The position numbers and the translations under genes were made by a program. The notes beneath the pieces are model-generated. The model was not told the DNA's origin. It searched no databases and saw nothing but the letters and a program-made list of their open reading frames with translations. This document shows positions 12,526 through 23,001 of a DNA stretch of 64,000 nucleotides, one piece after another; position 1 is the stretch's first letter; each line of letters starts with the position of its first letter. The DNA is taken from assembly GCF_963506605.1 (NCBI RefSeq), contig NC_083283.1, positions 52,700,001 through 52,764,000 on the forward strand, written 5' to 3'. The DNA is from Zootoca vivipara. Lineage: Eukaryota.

Positions 12526-12630
12526 GCATGTATCCAAGTTATATTCCAAGCAGACCGCTTGAAATGACAGTTAGTTATGTCTATTGATTTCAGTGAGTCT
12601 ATTCTGAGTAGAACTAATAGACACAACCCA
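12526..12630. mobile_element. Short palindromic MITE
   Basis: Inverted repeat (ttgaaat...atttcagt; tattctgagtag). A relative lies at 37104-37223. Confidence 0.5.
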
Positions 12631-12769
12631 GTATCTTTTGCATGTTTGATCTCATAACACAAAGTGAGACCCTAGCAGTCATCACAGAAGTACGATGGCT
12701 TGTAATTTTCACTTGGGATGGGTTAACTGGCTCTGGGATTTAAGACTGGAGCGGTTACCATTTTTAGGG

Positions 12770-13021
12770 TTGAACAGGAAAACAGAGTAGGGGCAAGAGG
12801 ATGTTTTTCTCTTCCTCTCATAACACTAGAGCTTGTGAACATCTAATGAAATTGAATGCTGAAAGATTCAGAACAGATAAAAGAAAGTACTTTTTCACAG
12901 AGCACATAGTTAAACTACATCCATCTGGTTGACCTCTGTTGATCTAGTTGATCTAGTCTAGCATGCTAGACTAGATGGACCACTGGTCTGATCCAGCAGG
13001 CTCTTATGTCATTATGTTCTT
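12770..13021 (+). mobile_element. CR1 LINE 3' end, internally deleted
   Basis: Translates HLMKLNAERFRTDKRKYFF (CR1 ORF2 C-terminus), followed by tail ctagatggaccactggtctgatccagcaggctcttatg..ttatgttctt. Confidence 0.8.
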
Positions 13022-14117
13022 AGAGTAAATGAAGGGAGAAATAAAGAATCCCCGTTTTCATTTCTGCTTTGTCAAGGGCAAAGAAATCAGTTGCAAATAC
13101 TCATTCAGCATAAGAGTGATCCTCGTATTTCCGGACCACTCCACTCCTGGAATATTGAATCCACCACATTTCCCATTAGCCCAAAGAAAGACATAGTACA
13201 GTAGAGAGCCATCTGCTCTTAATTTGAATTTAGAGTCCCAAAGAGCAGCAGGTTTGGTGGAAGTCATAAGCACTATATAACTTCTGAGAGTGGGTGAGGA
13301 TTGTAAAATGGCTATTTTTAGTCTTAAATTATTGACATTTAGATTAGATAAGAAATTGCATGGACAAATGCTATAGTTTATTGTCTGCTTCTCAAAAGGC
13401 TTGTTAGCTTTATAAATGAATGAAAAGCAGAAGAAGAAGACAGGGTTAGGACTTATTTTTTGCCCCTGGTGTACATTGGTTAGCCAGTCACTCTTGCCCC
13501 TTAGGTGTCAGAACTTAATTAGTGCAGTTTCTCCAGAACAACCTGTGAATACAAAAGCAGCTGAGCTGTAGACTGATCGCTCCCCTAGGAACACCAAATG
13601 GTGGTATATGTAGAGCATGTCATTAATATTGCTTGCAAATGAACTGTTTGGCTTCAGTGCATCTATTTGGGGGTAACCTTGTCAGTCATACAGAACTAAT
13701 GAGTGAATGGGAAAAAAGTGCATCCAGCTGCTAAGAAAGTCAGCAGGGGTAAAAACGAGAAAAGAAAGAAAAAGAGAAAGACCAGTTTCTTTTCTCTGTA
13801 CTTAACCTGTATCTTAATATTACACGTAGCATAAGGCCTTGAATGATAGTGTTCAAGTGAAGTCACATACTGTAAGTGTGAACTAAGGACAGTGAATTCA
13901 GCATCTTTGATCATTTCCGAACACATAAATCCCAGTTAGGTTAATGGTTCTTTCATGGTGTCTCTCCCACCATATAGTGGATTTTGACAAGCAGCTTTTT
14001 AAATAAATAAATAACATTGCATATTTTCTATTTCACAGAGAAAGCTTCAAGAAACATAATTAAAAGTTCAAGTTCATACGATGGCTAGCATCAATTCATT
14101 TATCTCAGGGCATTAGA

Positions 14118-14375
14118 ACTATTATTATTATTAATTAAACTTGTATACAGATCTGAAGATCACAGGGCAGTTCACAACACAAAAATACAAAACAAGAACA
14201 CAAAAGATATAAAACAAACAAACAAATAACACCACCTTCCCACAAACACATCTAAAATGTCATAGAATGTAAATGTTTTAGCCTGGAATCCAATACATAA
14301 TGAAGGCACAAGATGTGCCTTCCTGGGGAGAGCATTCCACAAACTAGACCCAGAGAAGACAACATTCATCACACC
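14118..14375 (-). mobile_element. L2 LINE 3' end
   Basis: Reverse complement encodes LWNALP, then a T-rich 3'UTR, gtgaactgccctg and a (taa)n tail. Confidence 0.75.
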
Positions 14376-14533
14376 TCAAATCTATAGTTGTGGGATAGGC
14401 TTGAAATGCACACCATGAACTCACGCCTACTTATGAGTACAATTCTAGTTTTCTGGAGGAAATTTGCTTTTATTTTCATTGTAGTCAATGCAGTTTCAGA
14501 CCTTAATATGGCTTTACTCTATGGTAGTGTGTC

Positions 14534-14534
<1 letters not shown>

Positions 14535-14590
<56 letters not shown>
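14535..14590. repeat. (AT)n microsatellite
   Basis: Direct reading. Confidence 0.95.
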
Positions 14591-14594
<4 letters not shown>

Positions 14595-15656
14595 AGCTGT
14601 TACCATTTGTTGGTGAATTTAAATATTCCAGAGGGCACGGGAGCTCTCCTTGGTGCTGATGGTGAGCATTTTTGCTGTGCTGAACTTTCATTTCTGCATG
14701 ATACCAAAACTAACTGTATTCACTCTTAGAAACGTTGAAGTGTCTGATGGAACGATCACGAGCAGCTTCTTAAATGGTACTATTTGCCAAGAGATGAAGT
14801 TTGCCACTACAAATGAGCCTAATTCTGAAGATCTCAAGGAACATGAAAATAGCTTTCAGCTAGTAAGGAAATGAAGAAAATAATTGCCACCTCCACCTTC
14901 CTGAGAAGGGACTGAAACAACAGAGTACAGGGTGGGGGGGGGGAGGGGACCCACAACAGAAACCCTAAAGGGAAGGGGATAAATTGTGCCAGACTGATTT
15001 AACAACTAATAAAATTGTGTATCGTAGCACTCATTTTTAGCAAGCCAGGATCTCATGCCTCAAGAAAGAAAAAAAAACCAAGACTAACTGTTTAAAAAGA
15101 GCTCATGCATATAGTTTTGCAATATAATATCAATAATTATTATTCTGATATACTTTCTCAATATATATACTATGGCATATGTAACACAATGGTTTCCATG
15201 GAAAAAGAATAATAGTTAAGGAGATCACAGCAGGGGGACAACACAAAACCCTCCACATGTTGAAAGAATGAGTTTTAATTTCATTTTAAATGTTTTTTTT
15301 TTAAATAGGGTCTTGCTTTTGACATGTTCCCTTTGTTTTTTAAATAAGGTTGATGGACGAATTCATTAAGGAATTAGGACTCAGTAAAGCAGTGTACAAT
15401 TTTTTTGTTTGCTTCTGAACAGCGACAAGGTTGGTGCCAAGCAGGTATCCCTAGGGAGAGCTCAGACCCAGCACTTTGAATTGGGCCTGGAGACAAAGTG
15501 GCCACCAGTGCTGTCAGGTCAGAAACAGGGATATAATTTTACACCTTCTTGTCCCAATTAACAGCCTCATCACCGCATTCTGCACTAGTTCTAGTTTCTG
15601 AACTGTCTTCAAAAGCAGCACCATGTACAACACTGTGCAGTAGTCTAACCTGGATA

Positions 15657-15906
15657 CAGTCGTACCTTGGTTTTTGAACAGCTTAGTTCTCAAACGTTTT
15701 GGCTCCCGAACGCCACAAAACAGGAAGTGACTGTTCCAGTTTGTGAACTATTTTTGGAAGCCGAATGTCCGATGGGGCTTCCATGGCTTCCGACTGGCTG
15801 CAGGAGCTTCTTGCAGCAAATCAGAAGCCGCACTTTGGTTTCTGAACATTTTGGAAGTTGAACAGACATCCGTAATGGATTCCGTTTGACTTCCGAGGCA
15901 CAACTG
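15657..15906. mobile_element. Tc1/mariner-pogo (Tigger-like) MITE
   Basis: TA + cagtcgtaccttgg ... ccgaggcacaactg. Same family as 53134 and 58917. Confidence 0.8.
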
Positions 15907-17159
15907 TGTTCTCAAAGCATTGACAACTGAAACCAAGATCTTCTGGTCCAGATAGTTGTATTCAAATATAGGAGGGTGGGCATTGGGACCAGTGGAGGAC
16001 AGGGAAGTTTATGAAGCGAGCTGAATCTCTTCTTATTCCTTTGAGGGCATTTAAAAATGGGTTTAATACATCTCTGGGTTAAAACATGGCAAACTAGCAC
16101 CAATTCCAACCGGCAAACATATATTCTTCTTCTTCTTATTCAATCATTCCATTTGTTCATCACTTTTTACAAAAATAAAATCTCAAAGAAACTCCCAACC
16201 ATAAAATACATAACAAACAAGTCTCAAGTGATTTGATTTGTTGTTTTAAGCTGAGTAAGGTTGTGACCCCTGCAGAATGTATCATATCGACAATAAAAGT
16301 GCTGACACTGTGTGGTGATGACAGCATTATACTATAACCCGTCCCTGAAACCAGCAGATCACTCATGATATGTGGTAACTTCCATTGAGAATGCAGATGT
16401 TTAAAGGGCAGGACAGAGTCAAGGCATGATCTCAAAGCAGCTTCTGTGAGCCTTATTACTAGGACAAAATAAATTACTTAGCTTTAAAGGGAATCTGACT
16501 TAAAACCGGCTGTGCACCTCATTTCTCCATCCTGCAGGTCTTTAGAAGGGGAAACTCTCGTCATGCTAATAGATAGCCTGAGGGAATTGTAAAAGCTCAG
16601 ATCACACAAAAAGAACAAGTGCACAGGATCTGAGGAAAGTATTTTACAATTATATCTAAAAAAAGGCACCAGTGCCCATGGTACTTAAGACAGGGAGCTG
16701 CGATCTTTTGTATTTCATCTGTGCAAATCCCATTAGCATCAGTAGGGTTAACGCAAGTGCAACAGAGGGCAAAGTTTGGTGGTTGCCGAAAGCTAGAACA
16801 TCCTTGATTCCATTTCATTCCAGCTGCCTCATCTAATGAGCTGCTGGAATCTCAGAGAGAACAATATGGGGTTGGAATGGGGTGGGATAAAATGGAGGCT
16901 GACTGTACTGTACTGTGCCTGGCTGACCCGACAAGATTTTGTTCTGCATTGACACATACCCAAAAAAAAGGAAAAAGGAAAAAAAAATAATCCTTAGTCC
17001 CAAAGCAGAAGGGGAAAAATAATAATTCTGATAGCAATGCTTTCAATTTATTAGAAACAGGCGCCAGTGTAAAACATGTCTTAATGGAAGAGTTAAATTT
17101 CCCAAAGTTATCACGTTGCATAGCATCGTCCTCTTAGCAATTCACTCATTCATTATTGC

Positions 17160-17368
17160 AAATATAACCCACCTTTTGTCCAAGGAACTGAAGGCAGAGT
17201 TCATAGTTCTGTGCCCTCCATTTTGTACGCACAACAATCCTGTCAGGTAGGTTTGGCAGAGAGATTGTGGCTGGCCCAAGGTCACCCTGTGAGTTCCATG
17301 GTTGACTGGGGACTAGAACCCTGGTCTCCCTGCTCCTAGTCTGATACTCTAACCACTACACCACACTA
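17160..17368 (-). mobile_element. CORE/MIR-like tRNA SINE
   Basis: Reverse complement: gtgtggtgtagtggttagag (box A), ggttctagtcccc (box B), gtgaccttgggccag core, L2-like tail. Confidence 0.75.
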
Positions 17369-17799
17369 AAGGATGATCCTATTACTGTCCAGACAAACTG
17401 AACATGCATCAATAAAGCTACTTCATCAGAGGCATAGGAAGACAGGAAGCTACCTTAAACCAGGTCAGATGATTTGTCCATCAGGCACAATATTGGCTAC
17501 TCTGACTGCCAGCTGCTCTCCAGGACCTCCAGCAGAAGTTAGGGTGGCCATTTTACACGTGGCCATGAAAGAGGACATGCATCACCATAAAAGAGGGCAA
17601 AATAGGACACATATTTGCATATAATCTGCATATGGTAATTTATATGTTACACATTCACATTTAGAAATCATTGCTATAATGTAAGTATAAATATACTCCA
17701 TCTCTCCATAGCAAGGAACAATACTATGGCCAGAGGAGCTGCACTAATTGTGGATGGGCAATTGTGGAGAGCAAGGCTGCTGCTCTCTCTTCTCTGCAT

Positions 17800-17990
17800 C
17801 TTTTCAGCAGCCAGACCTTCAAGCAGAGGTCTGTAAACAGAAGTGGTCTTGCCAGATAGGGCTGTTGCTTCCTGGGAGGGAGATAGAGAGGGGTCAAGTT
17901 GGTGGGGAAGGTTGGTATGAGGTGCCACTACTGGGGTACCATCACTGAAAAGGCCCTCTTCTTAGTAGCCACTCACCTCACCTCAAATAA
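17800..17990 (-). mobile_element. Old L2 3' fragment
   Basis: Reverse complement agggccttttcagtgatggtacccc gives the RAFSV..P motif. Confidence 0.55.
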
Positions 17991-18307
17991 CTAGCTGCCA
18001 CTATTTAAATGGGGGCTGTCATTATCTGTCATGTCACAAATTGAAAATACACCCCCAACAAATCTGGGGTGGGAGTCGAAGCACCATTTGAGGGGTTGGG
18101 GAGGTGCACCCAATTGTCCAACCCCGGCCTCAGGACTGGTGACACTACTGGATCCAGCAGCACCCACAAACAGTGAACCTGTTCCTTTGAATGTCATTCA
18201 GCAGCTGTTACAGGTCAGCATCACGTGCACTTTTTGCACCCCAACTTAGAACTTGTGCAGAACTGAAATGCTTGTCAATGTTCTGGCAGTTTCAGCCGAC
18301 CAGGAGT

Positions 18308-18384
18308 TCCATGTGAAAGGTCCGCTACTGGATTCTGGCACAACTCCATGTGAAAGGTCCGCTACTGGATTCTGGCACAACTCC
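18308..18384. repeat. Perfect 37-bp tandem duplication
   Basis: tccatgtgaaaggtccgctactggattctggcacaac x2 plus tcc. Confidence 0.95.
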
Positions 18385-18651
18385 TTTCATGCGTGGAAGC
18401 CTTTGGGAGTTTGCGCACGTCAGTTAAAATGGCACGATGTATTGTGAGTGGTATTTTAATTGTCATCATTATCATTAATTTATTAATCACCTTATATACA
18501 ATCGTCGCAAGATGAGGGACAATAAAAGCAACAAAAACCAGTTAAAGCACACACAAACACACAAAACCAGTTTCTACGTTTAAAACTAGGACAACACAAA
18601 ATAGACACTCATGGCAAAGACTTGTTCATCCAGTTGGGAATGCCTGATGTA

Positions 18652-18886
18652 CTGTGTTTCTCCAAAAATAAGACACCGTCTTATATTTATTTTTCCACAA
18701 AAAAACACACTATGGCTTATTTTCAGGGGGTGTCTTATTTTTTTCCTCCTCCTCCTGCCGCGGCCGGCATTGCTGCTGCGCCTATCACTATGTCTTATTT
18801 TCGGGGTATGGCTTATATTCCTTGAATGCTTAAAAATCCTGCTATGGCTTATTTTATGGGTATGTCTTAAAATATGAGAAACAGGG
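18652..18886. mobile_element. Tc1/mariner-pogo MITE
   Basis: TA|ctgtgtttctcc ... gagaaacaggg|TA, with repeated internal (g)tcttatttt motifs. Confidence 0.75.
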
Positions 18887-19829
18887 TACTGGCACCTTTG
18901 CAGAATACATGCCAAGAAATAGTATGCCCTGAGGGGGTCTGGGACACAACAAAACTATTCTGATAAGCCCCGATACCAGCTTGATTTTGAATCTAACGTA
19001 GCAGAACCCCCAATTTGCTGCTGAATTCTCGAACACCATTTCCAGAAGCTTCCCTACTAACATAGCCTCCAGCTTGCTAACACAGATTTGGCTCTCCTTC
19101 CTGAACTCTGGACCACCCAGACTTAACGGAGGGTGAGATCTGCGTGTCAGCAGTACTGTGGATATTGTGTTGCTAATGGAACTGCTGATGTTCCAAACTA
19201 TTTATGCATCTGCATAACCGCTAATAATGTGAGTCTTGCCTCAGCGCTGAATAGTTATTATGGATGGTTTCAATTCCGTTTGCCTTTCCTCCCCGAGGGC
19301 AGGTAAGCAAGACCAGTGGGTATATTTTCATTTCACCTTACAACCACTAATCATTCCCATTTATAATTTAAGCTGTCCGGTACATGCAAGCTCTTGGGAA
19401 CCAGCTCGTAATCGAACTGTTACCCTTCTATGTTTTGAGCATGGCTAAATTGACCATAACTAATTCTGACCATAACTAATTTTGTTTTCGCTCTGCTGGC
19501 AGCGGGGCCAGTGTTTGGTACCAATAAGTTAACGTGTTTCCACTTTGTATATTGGAACTCTGCCTGTGCAGTGTGTGGGGTGCCAGCTGGCTCTTCTCCA
19601 ATGCAGGGAATCAGCTCATCCTCTGCATCTCTCAATTGTCCCTCTGGAAACAAAACAAAACAAGCAAATAAAAAGCAAACAAATTAAGAAGCTGTAGCTT
19701 AAGTTGCAAAAGGAAAATAAAGATGTTTTGACCTTCCTCTGAGATACCCCGCACATTTATACATTATGCCAGTTTAGCGGGGAATGGGTTCTTTTTTGTT
19801 CTGCTTTGGTTGGACTGATGTTTCACAAA

Positions 19830-20570
19830 GGCCACATTCACACCAAAATGCTATGATACTACTTTAAACAGTCATGGCTTCCATCAAAAATTTATGGGAG
19901 CTGTAGTTTGCTAAGGGTGCTAGGAGCTGTTAGGAGGTCCCTATTCCCTGCACAGAGCTACAATTCTTGTAGGTTATGGTTACCAGATTTTTTTCAATGA
20001 ATCTGGGGTCACTTTTATTTTTTGAAGCTGAGTAGCAACAGGGAGTCAGAAGCGCGGATGGTAAGGCAAAAGACCCTGGGCCCAAGCACACATGCATATT
20101 GTATAAAGGTGCAAAGCCCTTCTTTTTCACCCTGTGAAACATAAATGCACAGAGTTTTTAAAAAACTGGTCAATGCCTGCACACCCATGACTCCCGAGCC
20201 TCCCCCATCAGTCAAAACAAAGGAAGAAGGGGCAGGAGATCTGTACCACTGGACACCCCTGGTTCCCCTTTGGCAGTGGTGGCGGCCATCAGGGCCGTCT
20301 CAAGCATGTCGGGTGCCCTGCCGCCGTGGTGCAGAGATCGCTCTGGCGCCCCTGCCCTGGTGGGCGGGCGGCATGCGCTGCGCGCCGCCCCCTGCCAACC
20401 CGGCGCCCTGGCGCTCCGCGCCACCCAGCCTACCCAAATCCGGGGGTGCCTGGTAACCCTATTGTAGGTCCCAGTGAAGATGGATTGATTTTTAAAACAC
20501 TCTGGGGAGTGTAGTTCTTGGGGGAAACTAGGGGTCATTTAGCAACTTTCAGCACCCCTAACAAACAACC
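19830..20570. mobile_element. Palindromic MITE (host) split by a hAT insertion
   Basis: Left arm 19830-19966 and right arm 20470-20570 are mutually inverted (tgtagtttgctaagggtgct / agcacccctaacaaac) and match the 4762 element. Confidence 0.6.
19975..20461. mobile_element. hAT (Tip100-like) non-autonomous element
   Basis: TIR tatggttaccag / ctggtaacccta, with perfect 8-bp TSD ttgtaggt (19967-19974, 20462-20469). Confidence 0.85.
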
Positions 20571-20814
20571 ATGTAGATTGTCGTACACACAAGTAGCTTT
20601 GATAGAGACCACTGCTGATGGCTGCCTCTGAGTTGCTTACCACCTAGTTCATGTAAATGTTGTGTCATACAATTGTGGTGCTCTGATTGCGCAGGTGTGT
20701 AGGGCACTGTGTGAATATGCCCTGTCTGTTCCACCTTTATAGAGCAATATGGAGTCGTAACCATTTTGCCACTCTCTATCTGGAGCAGATGCAATCAGTC
20801 CTTAATAAAATAGG

Positions 20815-21027
20815 TAGGGTTGCCAGACTCAATAGAGGACAGGACTTCTGTGCCTTTAATTGCCCTGCTCTCGTGAGTCTGGAAACCTTAAAGAGAAAGC
20901 AGCAGACCCTTTGCTTGGAAATTAAACAAAGGGTCTGCTGGTTTCTCTTTAAGGTTTCCAGACTCAAAAGAGAGCAGGGCAATTAAAGGCACAGAAGTCC
21001 CATCCTCTGTTGAGTTTGGCAACCCTA
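20815..21027. mobile_element. 213-bp fold-back hAT (Tip100-like) MITE
   Basis: TIR tagggttgcca / tggcaacccta, ~100-bp near-perfect arms, and 8-bp TSD aaaatagg. Confidence 0.92.
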
Positions 21028-21899
21028 AAAATAGGTAGTTGCAACAAATTACAGGCTACAATTTTGCCATGTTTTAAAAAATTCAACATCATGCACCATA
21101 TACATGCTCTATGTGATTTTGTTTGGCGGATTTTCTACATATAAATCCTCATTGGTTGAACTCTAAAAAAACAGTTCTGCTATATTAATCTTGCATGAGC
21201 AATTTTTCTGCAGCTAGTCAGAATGCGGATTCATTAGCAAACCTGACCAAAGGAGGGAAAAGACTTTTTTAAAGCCTTATAGAGCTCAGCTGATGAGGAC
21301 TATTAGTTCCTGACCTTTCTTGAATGGTGAGTTCATTCAAAAGTTTAAAAAGATAGAGAATCTTAGTCTAGCTGAAGGAAAGCCTTGGATAATAGGAAGA
21401 TGTACTCTAAATGATATCCATTGAGTCACCTTTTTACCTTTGAGAAGGGGCATGCTTAACAAGGCCCTTTCTATACAGGTAACATATATTTTAAAAATGA
21501 GGCAAAACAGCAGAAAGCAAACATGCCCTTTAGCGCACATCATGCTCTTAGGAGTCTTTCCACAGGTCTCATGGGAAAGTTTTAGGAAAGTTTACCAACT
21601 TTAATTAGGGTTTAAGGTTTCTCTCCTTCTGTAGAACACTGTGTTTTTCTCAAGCCACTGAATTGTAAGTTGGCTCTGAAATTGCTGTGTGCTGTAGGAA
21701 GCAACTGAAGAACTAGTTTATTACATTTCTAGGATAATGTATTGTCCCTTTTTGTAAATGTCACAGAATCACAGGTCTGGAATACTCTTGAGGTTAGTTA
21801 CAAGAAACAGAATCCATATTCTCATGGGAATTTATTTTTGCAAACAATATACTATGACTTGGTGTTCTTATTCAAAGCATGCCACATGGACGCTCATGC

Positions 21900-22050
21900 A
21901 AAACATAAGAAGAGCCTGCTGGATCAGGCCAATGGTCCATCTACTCCAGCATCCTGTTCTCACAGTGGCCAGTCAGATCCCTGTGGGAAATCTGAAAGCA
22001 AGATTCAAGCACAATAGCACTCTTCCCCTCCTGTGGTTTCCAGCATATCA
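21900..22050 (-). mobile_element. CR1 3' UTR fragment
   Basis: aacataagaagagcctgctggatcaggcc...ccatctactccagcatcctg is the reverse complement of the tail seen at 12960-13020. Confidence 0.75.
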
Positions 22051-22220
22051 GTCCACTCATTATAGAGGATGTTTTTGGATCAGAAGTTGGTATGACCAAT
22101 TCTTTCAGGAGATCATCTGATACTGAAAGTATTTAGGAATTCAGAAGGTGCACATTGCACAATGTTGTTATTGGTTTGTTGTCAATATGCATCCATTGCT
22201 CCTTGAGGTTTGACTGATTT

Positions 22221-22362
22221 AGAATAGTAGAATCATAGAACAGTAGAGTTGGAGGGACCACAAGGGTTAACTAGTCCAACCCCATGAAATGCCCATTGTG
22301 GGGCTCGATGCCACAACCCTGAGATTAAGAGTCTCATGCTCTACCCACTGAGCTAACCCAGC
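22221..22362 (-). mobile_element. tRNA-Lys-headed SINE with CR1 tail
   Basis: tagaatcatagaa tail, and head gagattaagagtctcatgctctacccactgagcta (reverse complement of tRNA-Lys(CTT)). Confidence 0.8.
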
Positions 22363-22897
22363 TTAGATCCCATCATGAAAAGGTCCAACAGTGAAAAATG
22401 GTAATAAGTGTTCAGGAATGTGTTGGGTTGTACTGGAACCTTCATCTTAGCAGTGGTATGACTTGCTAATGTGCTTTATGTAGGTAATAATAAGGTATTC
22501 CAGGTACTAGGATCCTTGTGTTTTATGAAAGTGATGGTGGCTATGATATCATTGTGAATGGCATTCTGGAAGAGCCTGAAACAATATCTATTTCTGGTGG
22601 CTCCATTGTTGCTCTGTTCTTTGAAGGGTTTAATTAAGAGATATGCTAGATTTAGCAATTCACCAATAGACACTAGGCAGAACTTACTCATTATCAAATG
22701 TCTTAATAGAGGGAAGAGAGCTGCTGTTCTAAAATAAAATGTTCTAAAAATAAAACAGGTCTGGTCTTCTGTCTACATCCACCCTTTTTGTATTCAATTC
22801 CCTCATGTGTAAATGGAAGTATAAATGGAATTCCTCAAGTGAGCCCTGGAAGTTTAGAGTTCTTTATTTTATTTCTTCATGCTAATTTCCCTATTAG

Positions 22898-23001
22898 GGC
22901 AGTTCCCTTCACAGCCATCAAGGAGGGATATGAAAGGGTACACGACCCAGGGATCAAGAAGCTGATCCAGGTTATCAGAAACCATTTCAGGCCTGAGAAA
23001 G
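22898..23001 (+). CDS. Candidate isolated coding exon, unidentified product
   Basis: Pyrimidine tract + gctaat + tag acceptor and aag|gtaatg donor. One frame is open across the exon: AVPFTAIKEGYERVHDPGIKKLIQVIRNHFRPEK. No family recognised. Confidence 0.25.

Noticed and set aside
18308-18384. 37-bp direct repeats as a CRISPR-like array
   Set aside because: Only two adjacent units, no spacers, eukaryotic context.
21288-21316. ctgatga-ggac-tatta-gttcc looks like a hammerhead 5' core with stem II
   Set aside because: Followed by tgacc instead of GAAA, with no stems I/III.
22290-22362. tRNA-Lys-like sequences (also at 11058 and 4645) and a tRNA-Ile-like sequence at 5418
   Set aside because: Mutated stems, and fused to CR1-type tails. 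These are SINE heads, not tRNA genes.
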